Assembly (NCBI GenBank): GCA_965113315.1
Contig: OZ220372.1
Length of the DNA stretch: 64,000 nt
DNA from: Podarcis vaucheri
Taxonomy: Eukaryota
Strand: one strand, 5' to 3'
The translations under genes were made by a program, and so were the position numbers. The number at the start of each line of letters is the position of its first letter. Position 1 is the stretch's first letter. This document shows, one piece after another, positions 12,132 to 25,157 of the stretch. The notes beneath the pieces were generated by a model. It was not told the DNA's origin, searched no databases, and saw nothing but the letters and a program-made list of their open reading frames with translations.

Positions 12132-14038
12132 CTACAAAGGAAGAATTCAAGCAGAGTGTTAGTTCCTTTAACATACTTTCACGGCAGCTTCAAAACATGG
12201 CTCTTTGGGTTGGTGGGTTGTGGGGGGAAGAAAGAGGCTGGTGCTATGGTTTAAGGAGCATCACTAAAAATAAATGTCCTTTCTCCCCTTTGTAAGTGTG
12301 CCTCTTTTCCCTGCAGAGGCCAACTCGGAGAGAGGAAGAAAGCCCAAAGAGTCTTTCTGAAGCGGCTCTCTGTACTCGGAACACTTAAAATAGTATAAAA
12401 CCGCAACTAAGTAACTGCACTGTTTCTTTTTTCTGCGGCTAGACAAATTATTTCCACTTAACTGAAGAAAATGTGGATTTCACCCCTATAAAACCAACAC
12501 TGAATAAGTTACAGCACTGTGCGCAGCTTTCCCAGCAGCGAAAGCAGTTGTGTGTAACTAAATGGGAAAATTTACATCTCAGATTTATCGCCACCTCACT
12601 GCAGCATTTCACAACCTGACCTGCCAGCTTGAAACCAAAAAGAATTGCTAATTTTAACCAATACTCTAATTACTCACCGGGGGAACCATTTGAGTAGATT
12701 TCAGTAGAAATGGGAGAATATATTAACGCTTTGCAGAGGTTGCCAAACTTTTTGTGCCCAGGGGCACCTATGCAAACTGGATAAACTGAACATGGCTCTC
12801 CTCCCAACCTAGTCTATTGGCTACAACAAAACGATCCTTTCAGGCCTAATACCAGGGTTGGGGAAGGGATCCTGCAGACACCCAAGAAGGCTTCTATGGG
12901 CATGTGCCAGTCAGTCCATCTTGGTGCCTTCTGAGTGGTAGCAACACAAGACAAACCCACACACCTTTTTTTTTTTAAAAAAGGAAAGGACCTTGGCATG
13001 CAAAACAAGTACATAAATCAAATTCATTGTTTAGAACCAGGTACGTGATGAGAAAGAGCCAATGCAAAGCTAGAAGAGGAGAATATTCCCACCACTAAAA
13101 TGTGTGATGGGCTTGGTTTGCACACGGTTAACTATGTTTTAAAGATGAATGTGCAGCATGCTGGTGCCCAGGGCTAAAACCATGGGCAAAAAATCTTGGT
13201 TATGGATTGTGGTTTATTTTGAGAGACAAGCCACAAACCCAGGTTCCGACATAATACCAAGTCAAACCATGGCAATGTGTCCAAGATTTTAGCCCAGTAT
13301 ACTGCACAACACCTTGACAGTATAGTTAAGCCTAACTGTGGTTTAAAGTGATGTGCAAAGCAGGCCGCTGAGATCCACTAATTCACAGATCCACTAATTC
13401 ATACACAACAATTCTGGTCCAACAACCATGGTATGTCAGACCGAAGGTGAGCCGTGTGCCCATGTCAACTAATGGCATAGTCAACTAGAATGCCAGTCAA
13501 CTAATGACTTTGATTCAGGACGGGCAAAACAAAAGAATTCTTTACGCTTCTTCTTTTATGGATTTCATTGCACATGATGCGATGATGGCCAATGGCTTGC
13601 AAGACTTCGAAAGGAGATGAAGTCATGGACAACAGATCTATCAATAGCCATTAGTCATGATGGCTAAATCCTTGTTCCAAAGCATTGTGCCTCCCCCAAG
13701 TTGTTCATGGACTCCAAAACCCATCAGCCCCAGTCAGCATGGCCAATCATCAGGGATGAGAGTGGCTGTGACCTTCCAGATGTAGCTGGACTACAAAATC
13801 TCCATCACTGCCTTAGTTAGTTGATGGGCAGGTGCGAAATGGGATGTTGGACTGTATGGACCCTTTGGTCTTTCCACCAGCACTTTTCTTACACTGGGCT
13901 AACATTTTGCCAGTTATAAAATGCTGCTACAGCCACATCAGTACCAAAGCCTTAGAGTGACATTTCCATTTCCCCCATTTGCATAGGATTGGGATGTTCA
14001 CGAGGATGAAAACGCGTAGTCAAACATTCATCGCTAAC

Positions 14039-14130
14039 CTGTTACCAGTAAACTCTTTATCACAGAACATGCATGCGCCGTGAAAGTCTGTGTCATTTCT
14101 CTCTCGCTGCTGTTGCTCCAGATTCTCTCT
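14039..14130 (-). CDS. ZNF277: ZNF277 exon 5 (RENLEQQQRERNDTDFHGACMFCDKEFTGNR)
   Basis: 92 nt, aacag|...|gttagc; CxxC of second finger. Confidence 0.95.
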
Positions 14131-15835
14131 CTGTTGAACAGGAAGAAATACAACACATGCAATCACATTCATTTTTGAAAATAGCTTCCTTGTAAATTAT
14201 TCCTAGCAGTTTTCCATTGTCTCTCATTATCAGCTAATGAGCAACACAGGCACTTGATTCATTTGAAAACATGGTTTTCTTGCCGACGATTAGGTTCAAA
14301 TGTTCACACAGCATGGAGGAAGAGTAACAGGCAAAACAGGAAGACCTGAAGGCTGGTCTAATCCAGTGCATTTCAAATGAAAACTGGAGAAAATGTATTT
14401 GCACCTCCCAAAATGAGAATTTGGATGACACAAGGATTGATGGACTCAGTCTGTATAATGAAAAGATTTTAGCCTCGATAAATCAATATGATCATCAATG
14501 GCTCCTTGATGTATAGGTGCACCCGTGTGAATAAAAGGAGCAAATTTTTTTTTTTTACCTTAAATAATATAGGTTTAAGCCTTAAACCAAAGCAGAACAT
14601 TTTATCATATATTCCTAACAGGTCTCCCAGAACGCTTAAAAAAAACATTTTTGTATCTATTTCTAGGAATTTTCTCCTCCAATTTAAATAAAAGCTGCAT
14701 TTTACTGCTGAGTGTTCATAGTATGAAGCCGCATATTGCTTCAGGCAAGAGAACTGAGTTAAGAGAGTCTAGGTGTATCTTTTCCACGAGAGAGCTTGAA
14801 GCAAGAAATCATTTATATTTTACACAAGTATCGGAAGACCTAGAGTGAGGAAACTGGAACTTGAAGATACTTAGGTTTCTCCTCACCGCACAGGAGACAT
14901 AAAGAGCTCAAGATTTAAAATGTTGTAGAACTAAAAACCCTCAACACATTCTATATCACCGGGAAAAAACAGTTGTTTGGTGCCCCAGGGCTATGAAACT
15001 AAACAAGTCATCTTTTTTTAAAAAAAGATCCCTATTTCTTCACCCTCACACCCCGTAAGCACCTCAGCAGAGGAACAGGCAGCTTAATAATAATAATAGG
15101 CCAATGACTAAATAATTCATAAGTCGTAATCAGCAACACCTAAAGGGCACTGCATTGGCTACCCCTCTATGGAAAGCTTGAGTTGTTCTGGCAATTGGTT
15201 TATTTTTGAGGAAATCAGACAACCTGCTAGAACTACTTTGCAGGTTGAGCTTACCTATGCATGCCTGCTTCTCGGCAGCTGCAAAAAGTGGTGGACTCGG
15301 TATGTGTGAAAGAACACACACCTCCCAGGCAGCTTTCACATCTCCAAAACAACTTAACAAGAAGAAAGTTTCACCGCGGAGGTGCCATTTTAGGGCTTGC
15401 TTTATGCAAGATCCACAGCAAGGTTTGAAAGGCCTGCTTTTGAACTGTCACTGAACAGTGCCTCCCCTTCACCTGTTGAGTCATTAAGCGATAAGATGGC
15501 AAGAGCCCTAGAAACTCAGAGATATATGCATGTGTGAATCAGTTCAAAGAGAGCAACAGGAACAGAAGGACCTTTATCTAGCTGCTGCCCCCCTTTCAAG
15601 AGGTTCCTATTTATTTTGCTTCTTCTGATGTTGGATAGCTCTGCAAATAAGAAGCCACGGCTGATAAACACATTCAGCTGCCTCTGGGAATGCTCAGCTG
15701 GTGGATTTCTACAATTCTTTTGTTGAAGGAAGACCAGAGATTTATTGATAACAGGGTCACTAAGTAGGATTGGGCAGTGCTGCGGAGAGATCAGAATCCC
15801 AGGTAAAGAATCTTTACTATTGTAGACAAACATAT

Positions 15836-16079
15836 GAAGAAGAAGAAGAGTTTGGATTTGATATCCTGCTTTATCACTACCCTAAGGAGTCTCAAAGCAG
15901 CTAACATTCTCCTTTCCCTTCCTCCCCCACAACAAACACTCTGTGAGGTGAGTGAGGCTGAGAGTCTTCAGAGAAGTGCGACTGGCCCAAGGTCACCCAG
16001 CAGCTGCAGGTGGAGGAGCGGGGAAGCAAACCCGGTTCGCCAGATTACGAGACTACCGCTCTTAACCACTACACCACAC
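15836..16079 (-). mobile_element. Squam3-like SINE, copy 2
   Basis: High identity to 1926-2176. Confidence 0.85.
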
Positions 16080-16148
16080 ATGACATATACTTTGCATTCA
16101 AAACTGCATCATTGGATTCTTCTGAGTAATTTTCAGCACACCTTTAAA

Positions 16149-16487
16149 CATACCCTCCAACATTTCTCCGATAAAAATAGGGACGTCCCATTCCATTATT
16201 AATCATTATTATTATACCCTGTCCATCTGACTGGTTGCCCCACACACTCTGGGCAGCTTTCAACATATATAAAAACACAATAAAACATTAAACATTTAAA
16301 AAACTTCCCTATACAGGGCTGTCTACAGATGGCTCTGGGGTCGAAAACTCCATAGCCTCCAACATTTATCCAATGAAAATAGGGACATCCTAAAAAAAGT
16401 GGGACATTCCGGGATCAAATCAGAAATTGGGATGGCTTCTCTAAATCAGGGACTGTCCCTGGAAAATAGGGACACTTGGAGGATCCG
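16149..16487. mobile_element. Composite hAT-like MITE with duplicated left end and internal L2 3' tail
   Basis: cataccctccaa...ttggaggatccg termini flanked by CTTTAAA; ctccaacattt..aaaatagggac occurs twice. Confidence 0.55.
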
Positions 16488-16647
16488 CTTTAAAGAAGTA
16501 AGTCCTACTGAGCTTTCTGGAACTGTTACCTGTTGAGGATCAACTTCATTATTACTGAAAGAGGAAACCTGGAAATTAAATTAAATCCTCATTTTTTTGT
16601 GCAGTTCATTTCCTGCTTCGGGATGGTCACATGCAAGACCACCTTAC

Positions 16648-16730
16648 CAGCCTTTGTTGCTGAAGTTTCTCCCTCAGTGTTCTGTCTTCAGGCAAAGCAT
16701 CACATAAAAGGAAGTAATTGTCTTGTTCCT
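16648..16730 (-). CDS. ZNF277: ZNF277 exon 4 (EEQDNYFLLCDALPEDRTLREKLQQQRL)
   Basis: 83 nt, aacag|...|gtaagg; matches recalled EEQENYFLLCDVLPEDR motif. Confidence 0.95.
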
Positions 16731-18029
16731 CTGTTAAAAGATTACAGATCAAATGTCAGGAGAACACTTAGGTCGATACATTAAGCTTTTTTATGTAATA
16801 CAGGTTTGAGTTATATTAAGCCACTGAGAGAGGGAGAAAGATGCAAGTGGTAATTCTATCCGTTTAAGACAAATGTTCTTTCTAAGGGGTCTGTTCAGAA
16901 ATTTCCTAGTCATGTTGGCAGTTGTGCTTCAGCCAGAAGCAAATCCATGAATATAGAGAAGCCCACCAGGATATGTCGGTAGATTTTACTGGAACAAGGT
17001 AAATCAGCCCCAGGTCTCGTGTCTGGCTGCGTTCAAATGTCACAATAAACCATGGTGTAATAAACACCCCTCCCAATTACTACTCCATGAAGAAATCTGA
17101 AGGTTTCCATTTCATTTTTATTAGCCACCGTTTATAACTACTTTCAACCCTTACCTGTGATAAATATTAGCTATAGTTTGTTGAAACAAGCCAGCTTCAG
17201 AACCCATGGTTTACTGTAACATCCAAATGCAGTCTCTGCATATTTCATACATTAAGGGAATAACTGTACACCAGTGCTTCACACTGCCTGGTATGGAAAG
17301 AATTCTCCAAAAGAAAAAGAAAAAAAATCTGCATTCTGACTTTGTACTCAGAACAGGCTGAACTGGTCTTCTCACCCCAATCTTCCAGGCAGACAGGTAA
17401 AGGAAACAGCATCAGTTTAAAATGCCTGAAGCCCTTGTTATGCCTCTTTGTCTTTAGACTCTCCATTTCCTAAAGCTGAACTGCATTCTACAACTGCCAA
17501 GATTTTTCTCTCCTTTTTAAAAAAATGAATACCTGATGCTAGGCCAGAAGCAAGGTGCCGAACTGAGTGTGTCTCATAGCAGTTATTTGGAGGTTTATAA
17601 TTTTATTTGACAGTCACAGCTACGATAGCCACCCTTATAAACCTCTAATCAGTGAAATGGAGCACTTCAGAAATATTATAACTAGTATGGGAATATCTAT
17701 AATATTAAGGCAGAGGGCTCCTTCCTTTACATTCGATCATAATCATCCTTCGTTTGGCCCCAAGTATAGATGATGATGCATGCAAGATGTACAAAAATCA
17801 ACACAGGCATTGCCCACAAGCTTATAGTCCAAGATATAATGCCAGACACTCACTCTTTGTATTTTAAAGTGAATCCAATAATCTGTTGAACTCAAGCCCA
17901 CAAACAAGAGTGCTTCAGCATCTGATACAGTTCAGCAAAAAGTGTCCCAACAAAATTGGTGGTCCAATGGCAGATTGTGGGGAATTTTGCAAACCCGGCC
18001 TGTGCCGGCTACATTAACAACACACTCAC

Positions 18030-18118
18030 CTAAAGCTGCTTCGGAATTTGTTCTTATCACACAACAGAAGTCTGTAATGGGCTGCTCTAGGAATCTTTTC
18101 TTCCAGTACAATGCATAT
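18030..18118 (-). CDS. ZNF277: ZNF277 exon 3 (RYALYWKKRFLEQPITDFCCVIRTNSEAAL)
   Basis: 89 nt, aaag|...|gtgagt; in frame with exons 2 and 4. Confidence 0.95.
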
Positions 18119-21100
18119 CTTTAAAAAAAAAAGGGGGGGGAGCAAAAATGCAGGCAGCTATGTTACAAAACATTTCCCAAACTGCTGTTCGTTTCATTAC
18201 ACTCTTAATATGCAATTCTTGTTGCAGCATTTGGCTACCGAGCCACTCACTGCTACCAGTCTTTTGTAGAGGTCATTTTTCAAATAAGGCGACGTTTCTA
18301 TTTAGCCAGAACAATCTTCCCAGTACAGATAAGTTGGAAATTGGAAATCCATTACCAGGTAATTTCAAATGTTCAGCTTGTATGAAGAAACCAGACACAA
18401 TGACTAGTGTTTGATTTTTAAAAAACGAAAAACATGGCAAGCTTACCGTGCTGAATAAGCTAACTTTTTATACGGATTTTATTTGCCCTAGATTCTTTTC
18501 GTCTTATTACTTGGCTTTAAAACTTGATACTTACCAAAACATAAATGGGTGCTTTGTGCGTGCTTGGTCACAAGTCTCTAGAAAAATGTATACTGCATGA
18601 ATACTGAGACCTGCTTAGTAGTTTAATTATCCAACTTGACAGTAAAATACATTATTCCATCCAAGCAAATATCAAGAAGCTCGGTTAGAGCCAGCTCTGT
18701 GCCCTAGTACCATATGGCATTCCCATGAAAGAAGGAAACTTCTGGATTTGAAAACGCTAGAGCCATAATTTGGCAAGAAAAACAAACTGTCCTCGTGGGA
18801 TGCGATGAAATGCAACATAGGCATAGAAAGCTGACAGAGAACTTGAACACAGCAGTGCCAATAGTCCTACATATTGACTATGTATACTTTTAAAGAAGCA
18901 AATAGCCGCTTCTTAGTATCACATTTTCTGGTTTCTGGCATTGGCTTTCAAGTCTCTGTTACACCCTAACAAAAGTTACTGCTTTCAGCTGTTTTCCTTG
19001 CTCATCAATCAAGCATCTTAATGAACCAAAAGTGTGTGCCTTCAGTTCAATCGTGGGCACAGATGTTGAGGGAAGGGTCTAGAGGAGTGGAAAGTAGGGA
19101 CCGGATCTCAAACAGTTGCTGGCTTCAATTATTTCCAGGTGCAATACAGACACTAATGTTTGCAAGCATAAAAATGTCCATGGAAATAGTTCACTTTACA
19201 TGATGTAAAGTTGTGAGCATTGATCTGCACGTCTGAGGTTCTCTCAGGAGCCAGAAATTGAACAAGAGCTGTCTGGTTCTGCTGGGTAATCACTAAAGAC
19301 AAAAGTGGAATGGAGATTTCCCTCTGAGCTGATGCTGTGTTGCTGAGAATCCATCTGAGAAGCTTCACAAATCCCTTTGCCTCTGATAACTGGTGATGCA
19401 GTGAGGCTGTGCTGGTCCTCAAACACCACCGAGGCATTTGGGATTGCAGCTGTGTACTTGCAGAGGTGGTGGGGGAAAGCAAATGATATTTTCTTTGCTC
19501 ACTTGCTAGCCAGATCCCATCTTGTTCAGCAAACCGTGGCTATAACAAACCATGGCTTAGTGTTGCATCCAAACTACCAATTTCATCTGTGGAGAACCTT
19601 TTGCAGCTCTGGAGTGGATCCTGGATTCTCCACCCATGGGGGACCATTTTGACAGGTGGGACACATTTTTTTCTCTGTGGTTTGTAGTGTGGTTTGAATT
19701 CATGTCACACTGCAAATGAAGGTCCTAGCACTGATTGAAGTCAATGCGGACCAGTGCCAACTTTAAACCCTATTTTCATCCAATGGAAACTTTGTAGTGC
19801 AGCCAAACCCAGCAGGCTTGAAGTCGCCACTGACAAGCAGTGACAGCAAGCCTCACTTGAGAGTCTTCAAGGCCATTCCTGCTTTGCTCACTGACTGCTG
19901 CACCTCTACCCAATGTTGTAAGTGGTCTTGGGGGAAATTTGGGACCTGTGCCAGACCTAGTTAGGATCCCAGAGCCCAGAGGCTCCCTAACCTGACCCAT
20001 GTACTTGTTCATGACGCCCAGGTATACCTCTCCACTTCAGAGTTCTCTTCTTCCATCCAATCCTGCATGTCTTTACCTACTTGTCTGATACTGTTGTCAT
20101 CACCATCTCAGACTCGACATGTCCAAGATGAAGCTGCTTCTCTCCCCACCCCAGCCTTCCCTTTTGATCCTCCCCAGATCTGCCAACAGCATCACCACTC
20201 AGACGGACTCCACTTTATCATCAATTCTTCTCTCATTTGTTTGCCACATTCAATCAGCTGCCTTATATATGAAGTACTGAAATGTAATGAACCAGGCCAT
20301 GGCAACTCACCTGGATGTTGATATGTGGACAGCATTTATTTATAGATCACCTTTCCTGAGTGACCATTCTTTAGTCTCTTGGAAAAATGAAACCATTGAG
20401 TCTGACACGGGGACAGATGATCACTGGGTTCCACTCACAAGTAACCTATGCAACTGTGAGCTTATGCATTTCAGTCTTCTTTGAACCATTTACAGTGGAA
20501 AAATTGATCCCATTCATTTTTGGTGCACATCAGTCGTCTCAAATCTGGCGTATTGACACATGCATGGTAAAAACTGAGTGCAGAAAAGGTCCTGATCTTT
20601 GCCATCTGAAGCCAGACACACATAGCAGCTTTGCAGATACCAAAGTGGAAAGCAGAGAGCAACAAAAAGAACACATGTACAGACTGGAATGCACGCTATG
20701 TGAAATTGCTAAGCAACAGCATTTAGTGTTTTGAATAAGGCTTGTCAATTAGAGAAAACATGTGCACCTTGAAAAGCACATATTGATGAGGGGCAGGTAG
20801 ATTGGTTTATTTAACATAGGCTGTAGATCAGGAATGGGCAACCTGTGGCCCCAGTCAGCACAGCTGTTTGTATAGGAACTTCTAGAACTTTAGTAGTTAG
20901 AATATGCAATTAGCACTGAGGCCAATGTATTCCTAGAAGGGCGTGGTCATCACATGTCAACTGCAACATGTAATACTTTTTAAGGGAAGGAAGTTCAACT
21001 GAGTGATCAGGATCTAGAGTTTACCATGGAAAGACAATGAAAAGGACATTTCAGGAGCGGATTTACCATGCCTTTCTCTCTACCTGTCCATTTTATTGCT

Positions 21101-21885
21101 CTTCCATAAAGAAAGTGATCTACACGTGTATGAATCAGTTCATAGAGACGGATAGACAAGTTTTGACAGGCTTACAAGAAATAGCAACCAATCTGGAGAA
21201 CTTAATATAAAGGCCTGAGCTCCAAAATAAAAAAAGGAAGCAGTTTGGTCAATGCAAAGATCTGCCTCCCTTAAGGTTCTCAACTCTCCTTCCAGCTCCC
21301 AAAAGGCTGATGCATCTGTTTTTGTGCTATGATCAGGGCTACTTTTGCAGAATGATTTACTCCCCATTTTTGAAGTTTGGGATTCCTTTGCGCACACACA
21401 TTCACGTTCCAGCCTTGTTTCTACAGTCCCTGGGTCCAGCTCTTTCATCCAAGGCTCAGTTTCTTACATTAATGTCTAGCAAAATTGCCCTTTATTTATA
21501 TACAAAAATGTATCTATCCTGCTGCATCATAAAACATTGATTAAATGATTATTTAATTTTTATACTGCTTAATATATTAAACATGTATCTAAATGGTGTA
21601 CAAAAAACAGAAGCAACAACAGACAACTTAAACAAAATATTACAAAAACACAGTTGCATTAATACAAAGTTACTAATATATATAAATCAATATCAATTCA
21701 TTTTCCTTCAGACACACATACCCTTTCAGCCTCCCTTTCACTGTTTTTTGGGATCTGCCTATTTTCTTTTGCATAATTGGGAACGTTATCCTATGTTTTG
21801 GTTGTCTCAGTATATACCAGTTCTAGTTTCCTGAACATTTTCTGTCCTAGGTTGCTTTATCAAATTTTAAGCAAGAGCTACATAC

Positions 21886-22087
21886 CTCCGAAAATCTGCT
21901 ACTAGTCTGACATCTGCAATGACAAGCTTGTGCTCTATAATCATGTGCTTCAGAAGTTGGTTTTGTTCTGATACAGGAGAATATTCTTCACAGAATATAC
22001 AAGGCACAGATGGAGAACCTTCTACAGCAGAAATGCCACCTGGACTTTCTGGCAGAGAAAGTGGCTCCAAAATGTAGTCTTTGTGGT
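21886..22087 (-). CDS. ZNF277: ZNF277 exon 2 (DHKDYILEPLSLPESPGG...CIFCEE...HMIIEH...ADFR)
   Basis: 202 nt, tttag| acceptor, |gtatgt donor; translation matches recalled ZNF277 N-terminal region with first C2H2-like finger. Confidence 0.96.
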
Positions 22088-23133
22088 CTAAAGAGAAATA
22101 ATAATAAAAAATTACAAAGATATTATATTAGTCTATCTCGTTGTCAAAAGCAGTGGGTTTTTTTTAAGTCAGCAAACAGACTTGTGTGCACTCTATAGAT
22201 TGGAATGAAAAAGAATGGAAAGGTGTTTCTTTATTAAATTTCTATCCTGCCCTTGCTCTCAAATGAGCCAAGGGTGGCAATGAACTTCCTGTATGGCTGG
22301 TTTTGCATCAAAGACTTCTTGCATATTACTTTCTTACAGTGTTAGGTGCAGAGCAGGAGAGAAAAACCATGCCTGGCCAGCTTGGAGTTTGTAATAAATG
22401 TTACATCAGCCCAGGCTGCTATGTAGACCTCATACAGGTAAAATTCCCAGTTCACTTCAACAGACCTACAGAGCATACCTAACTGTGTCTACTCAGAAGT
22501 AAATCCTACTAAATTCCATGGGGCTTACTCCAACATAAATGGGATTAAGCTTGTAGCCTTACTGCAAAGTGCGCACAACTATCTGAAAAGCCAGTCTTCT
22601 GCAACATCCTAGTGGCAAGAATCATTTCACAGGAAAAACTTACGGTCTGCTTACCCAATGATTAAATGCTAAACCTTTGGCTACAAGTCAAATGTAAAAT
22701 AAGTTCTACATGGACAGTTTCCGCTGCTCCCGTTAGGAACAGCCAGATCAGGTGTTGCATCTCTAATGTCCCTAAAGATTAACGAGCAAATTTCAAGATA
22801 GGATTTGGCCACATACAGCAAAAATACTTCCCCGTTTGCAAATGAGAGGCTGTATTCTTGCAAGAGCGCATGTGCCGCGGCTGTCCTTTTATATTGGTTA
22901 TTGACACCTCACAGAGCACTACAGAAGGGTCACAGCTTAGTAGCAGAGCTCATGCGACACATTACAAATTCAATCTGTGGCAGGGGTTGACAACCTGTTT
23001 GGACTAGAGGGCACATCTCATATTTTGCGAGTGGGCTGGAGGCATCAGTCACCAAATGGCTGCCATAGAAAGGGCATGGCATAACACAAAATTAGAGCAA
23101 CAACCATTTCTGACAACCATGGGAAGCCAACTA

Positions 23134-23393
23134 CCGTATTTTTCGCTCTATAAGACGCACCAGACCACAAGACGCACCTAGTTTTTGGAGGAGGAAAACA
23201 AGAAAAAAATATATTCTCAATCTCAGAAGCCAGAACAGCAAGAGGGATCGCTGCGCAGTGAAAGCAGCAATCCCTCTTGCTGTTCTGGCTTCTGGGATAG
23301 CTGCGCAGCCTGCATTCGCTCCATAAGTCGCACACACATTTCCCCTTACTTTTTAGGAGGGAAAAAGTGAGTCTTATAGAGCAAAAAATACGG
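23134..23393 (+). mobile_element. pogo/Tigger-like MITE family B, copy 1
   Basis: TIR CCGTATTTTTCGCTCTATAAGAC / GTCTTATAGAGCAAAAAATACGG, TA TSD; second copy at 62894. Confidence 0.88.
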
Positions 23394-24286
23394 TATATCC
23401 TGCTGGCCCTGGCTATGGAGATCACACATATGTGCATGCACACTGGTGCTTCTACTGCCTAATAGCAAGGGAGCATTTCAGAAAATATATACAAGGCAGC
23501 CACACTGTTCTCATTTCACAGAAACCCCTTAGGTACCTGCACATTTTGCTCCATAACCTTCTTTCTAGGAGAGCTAGAGGCTTGATTTTTTCCCCAAATG
23601 GCAGGTCATAGTCGGGTGCACCTGCCCAGCAGTCCCACTGGATCAGGGCGACCCCTGATCTACGGCATGTCCAGATAGGGGTGAAAAATAATCCTGCCTA
23701 AACTTCTCAAAAGCCACTCTCAGAGACTGTAGACAATGCTGAGCTATTTGAACCAAAAGTATGAGTTTGTATGAGACAACTCCTTCTGTTCCACTTTGCC
23801 CTGGGATCCCAAAGCCAAATGACCAATGGGAGAATGGGGAAAGGGAGGATATGCATCTTGCAGAACAGATAGCAGACCTGAAGCTCTTAGCCCAGTTTCT
23901 TGAGGCTCTTGGTCGGAGTTCACGTGGGTTACAAGCAGGAGTAAAAGCAAAATGCAGAAAGAGAGAAAGGAATGGCATCAAGGGAGTGTCCCTATTTACC
24001 TTTCACTCTGGAATGAGGCCTCCAACAAATTACGGTATTCCCCCCTGACACCCTGGAATGCAGCCCTCAACGGAAAAAGGGTCACACACTCCAGTGTTAC
24101 AAGGAAATGTGCATACCTGTAGATAAGGATAGAATAGGCTGCTTCTTCCTGACATAACTTGGAAGGTACGCTTCCTGCATACTTGTCTCACTAGCATAAC
24201 CTATGAACAGCAGTCTGGAGGAAGGAAAGTTACTTGCAGTTCAAGCCTAACAATGTTCACTCAGAAGCAAGTCCTGCTGAATTTAA

Positions 24287-24288
<2 letters not shown>

Positions 24289-24348
<60 letters not shown>

Positions 24349-25157
24349 TTATTTGTACCCCACCCATCTGGGCGGCTTCCATAGAAACCAAAAATACACT
24401 AAAATCACACATTAAAAACTTCCCCGAAGAGGGCTGCCTTAAAATGTCTTCTGAATGTCAGGTAGTTGTTTATCGCTTTGACATCTGATGGGAGGGCATT
24501 CCACAGGGCGGGCGCCACTACCGAGAAGGCCCTCTGCCTGGTTCCCTGTAGCTTTGCTTTTCGCAATGAGGGAACCGCCAGAAGGCCCTCGGCGCTGGAT
24601 CTCAGCGTCCAGGCAGAACGATGGGGGTGGAGATGCTCCTTCAGGTATACTGGGCCAAGGCCGTTTAGGGCTTTAAAGGTCAACACCATTACTTTAAATT
24701 GTGCTCGGAAACGTACTGGGAGCCAATGTAGGTCTTTCAAGACCGGTGTTATGTGGTCTTGGCGGCCTCCCCCGGTCACCAGTCTAGCTGCCGCATTCTT
24801 GATTAGTTGTAGTTTCCGGGTCACCTTCAAAGGTAGCCCCACGTAGAGCGCATTGCAGTAGTCCAAGCGGGAGATAACTAGAGCATGCACCACTCTGGCG
24901 AGACAGTCTGCGGACAGGTAGGGTCTCAGCCTGTGTACCAGGTGGAGCTGATAAACAGCTGCCCTGGATACAGAATTGACCTGCGCCTCCATGGACAGCT
25001 GTGAGTCCAAAATGACTCCCAGGCTGCGCACCTGGTCTTTCAGGGGCACAGTTACCCCATTCAGGACCAGGGAGTCCTCCACACCTGCCCGCCTCCTGTG
25101 CCTCCAAAACAGTACTTCTGTCTTGTCAGGATTCAACCTCAATCCATTAGCCGCCAT
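24289..25157 (-). mobile_element. 5'-truncated L2-clade LINE with intact ORF2 C-terminal 250 codons
   Basis: ORF 24405-25157 with L2-type motifs LRLNPDKTE, SRLDYCNAL, LHWLPV, RAFSVVAPALWNALP; (TAA)n/(TAAA)n tail on + strand; 15-bp TSD CTGCTGAATTTAATA at 24274-24288 and 25158-25172. Confidence 0.92.
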
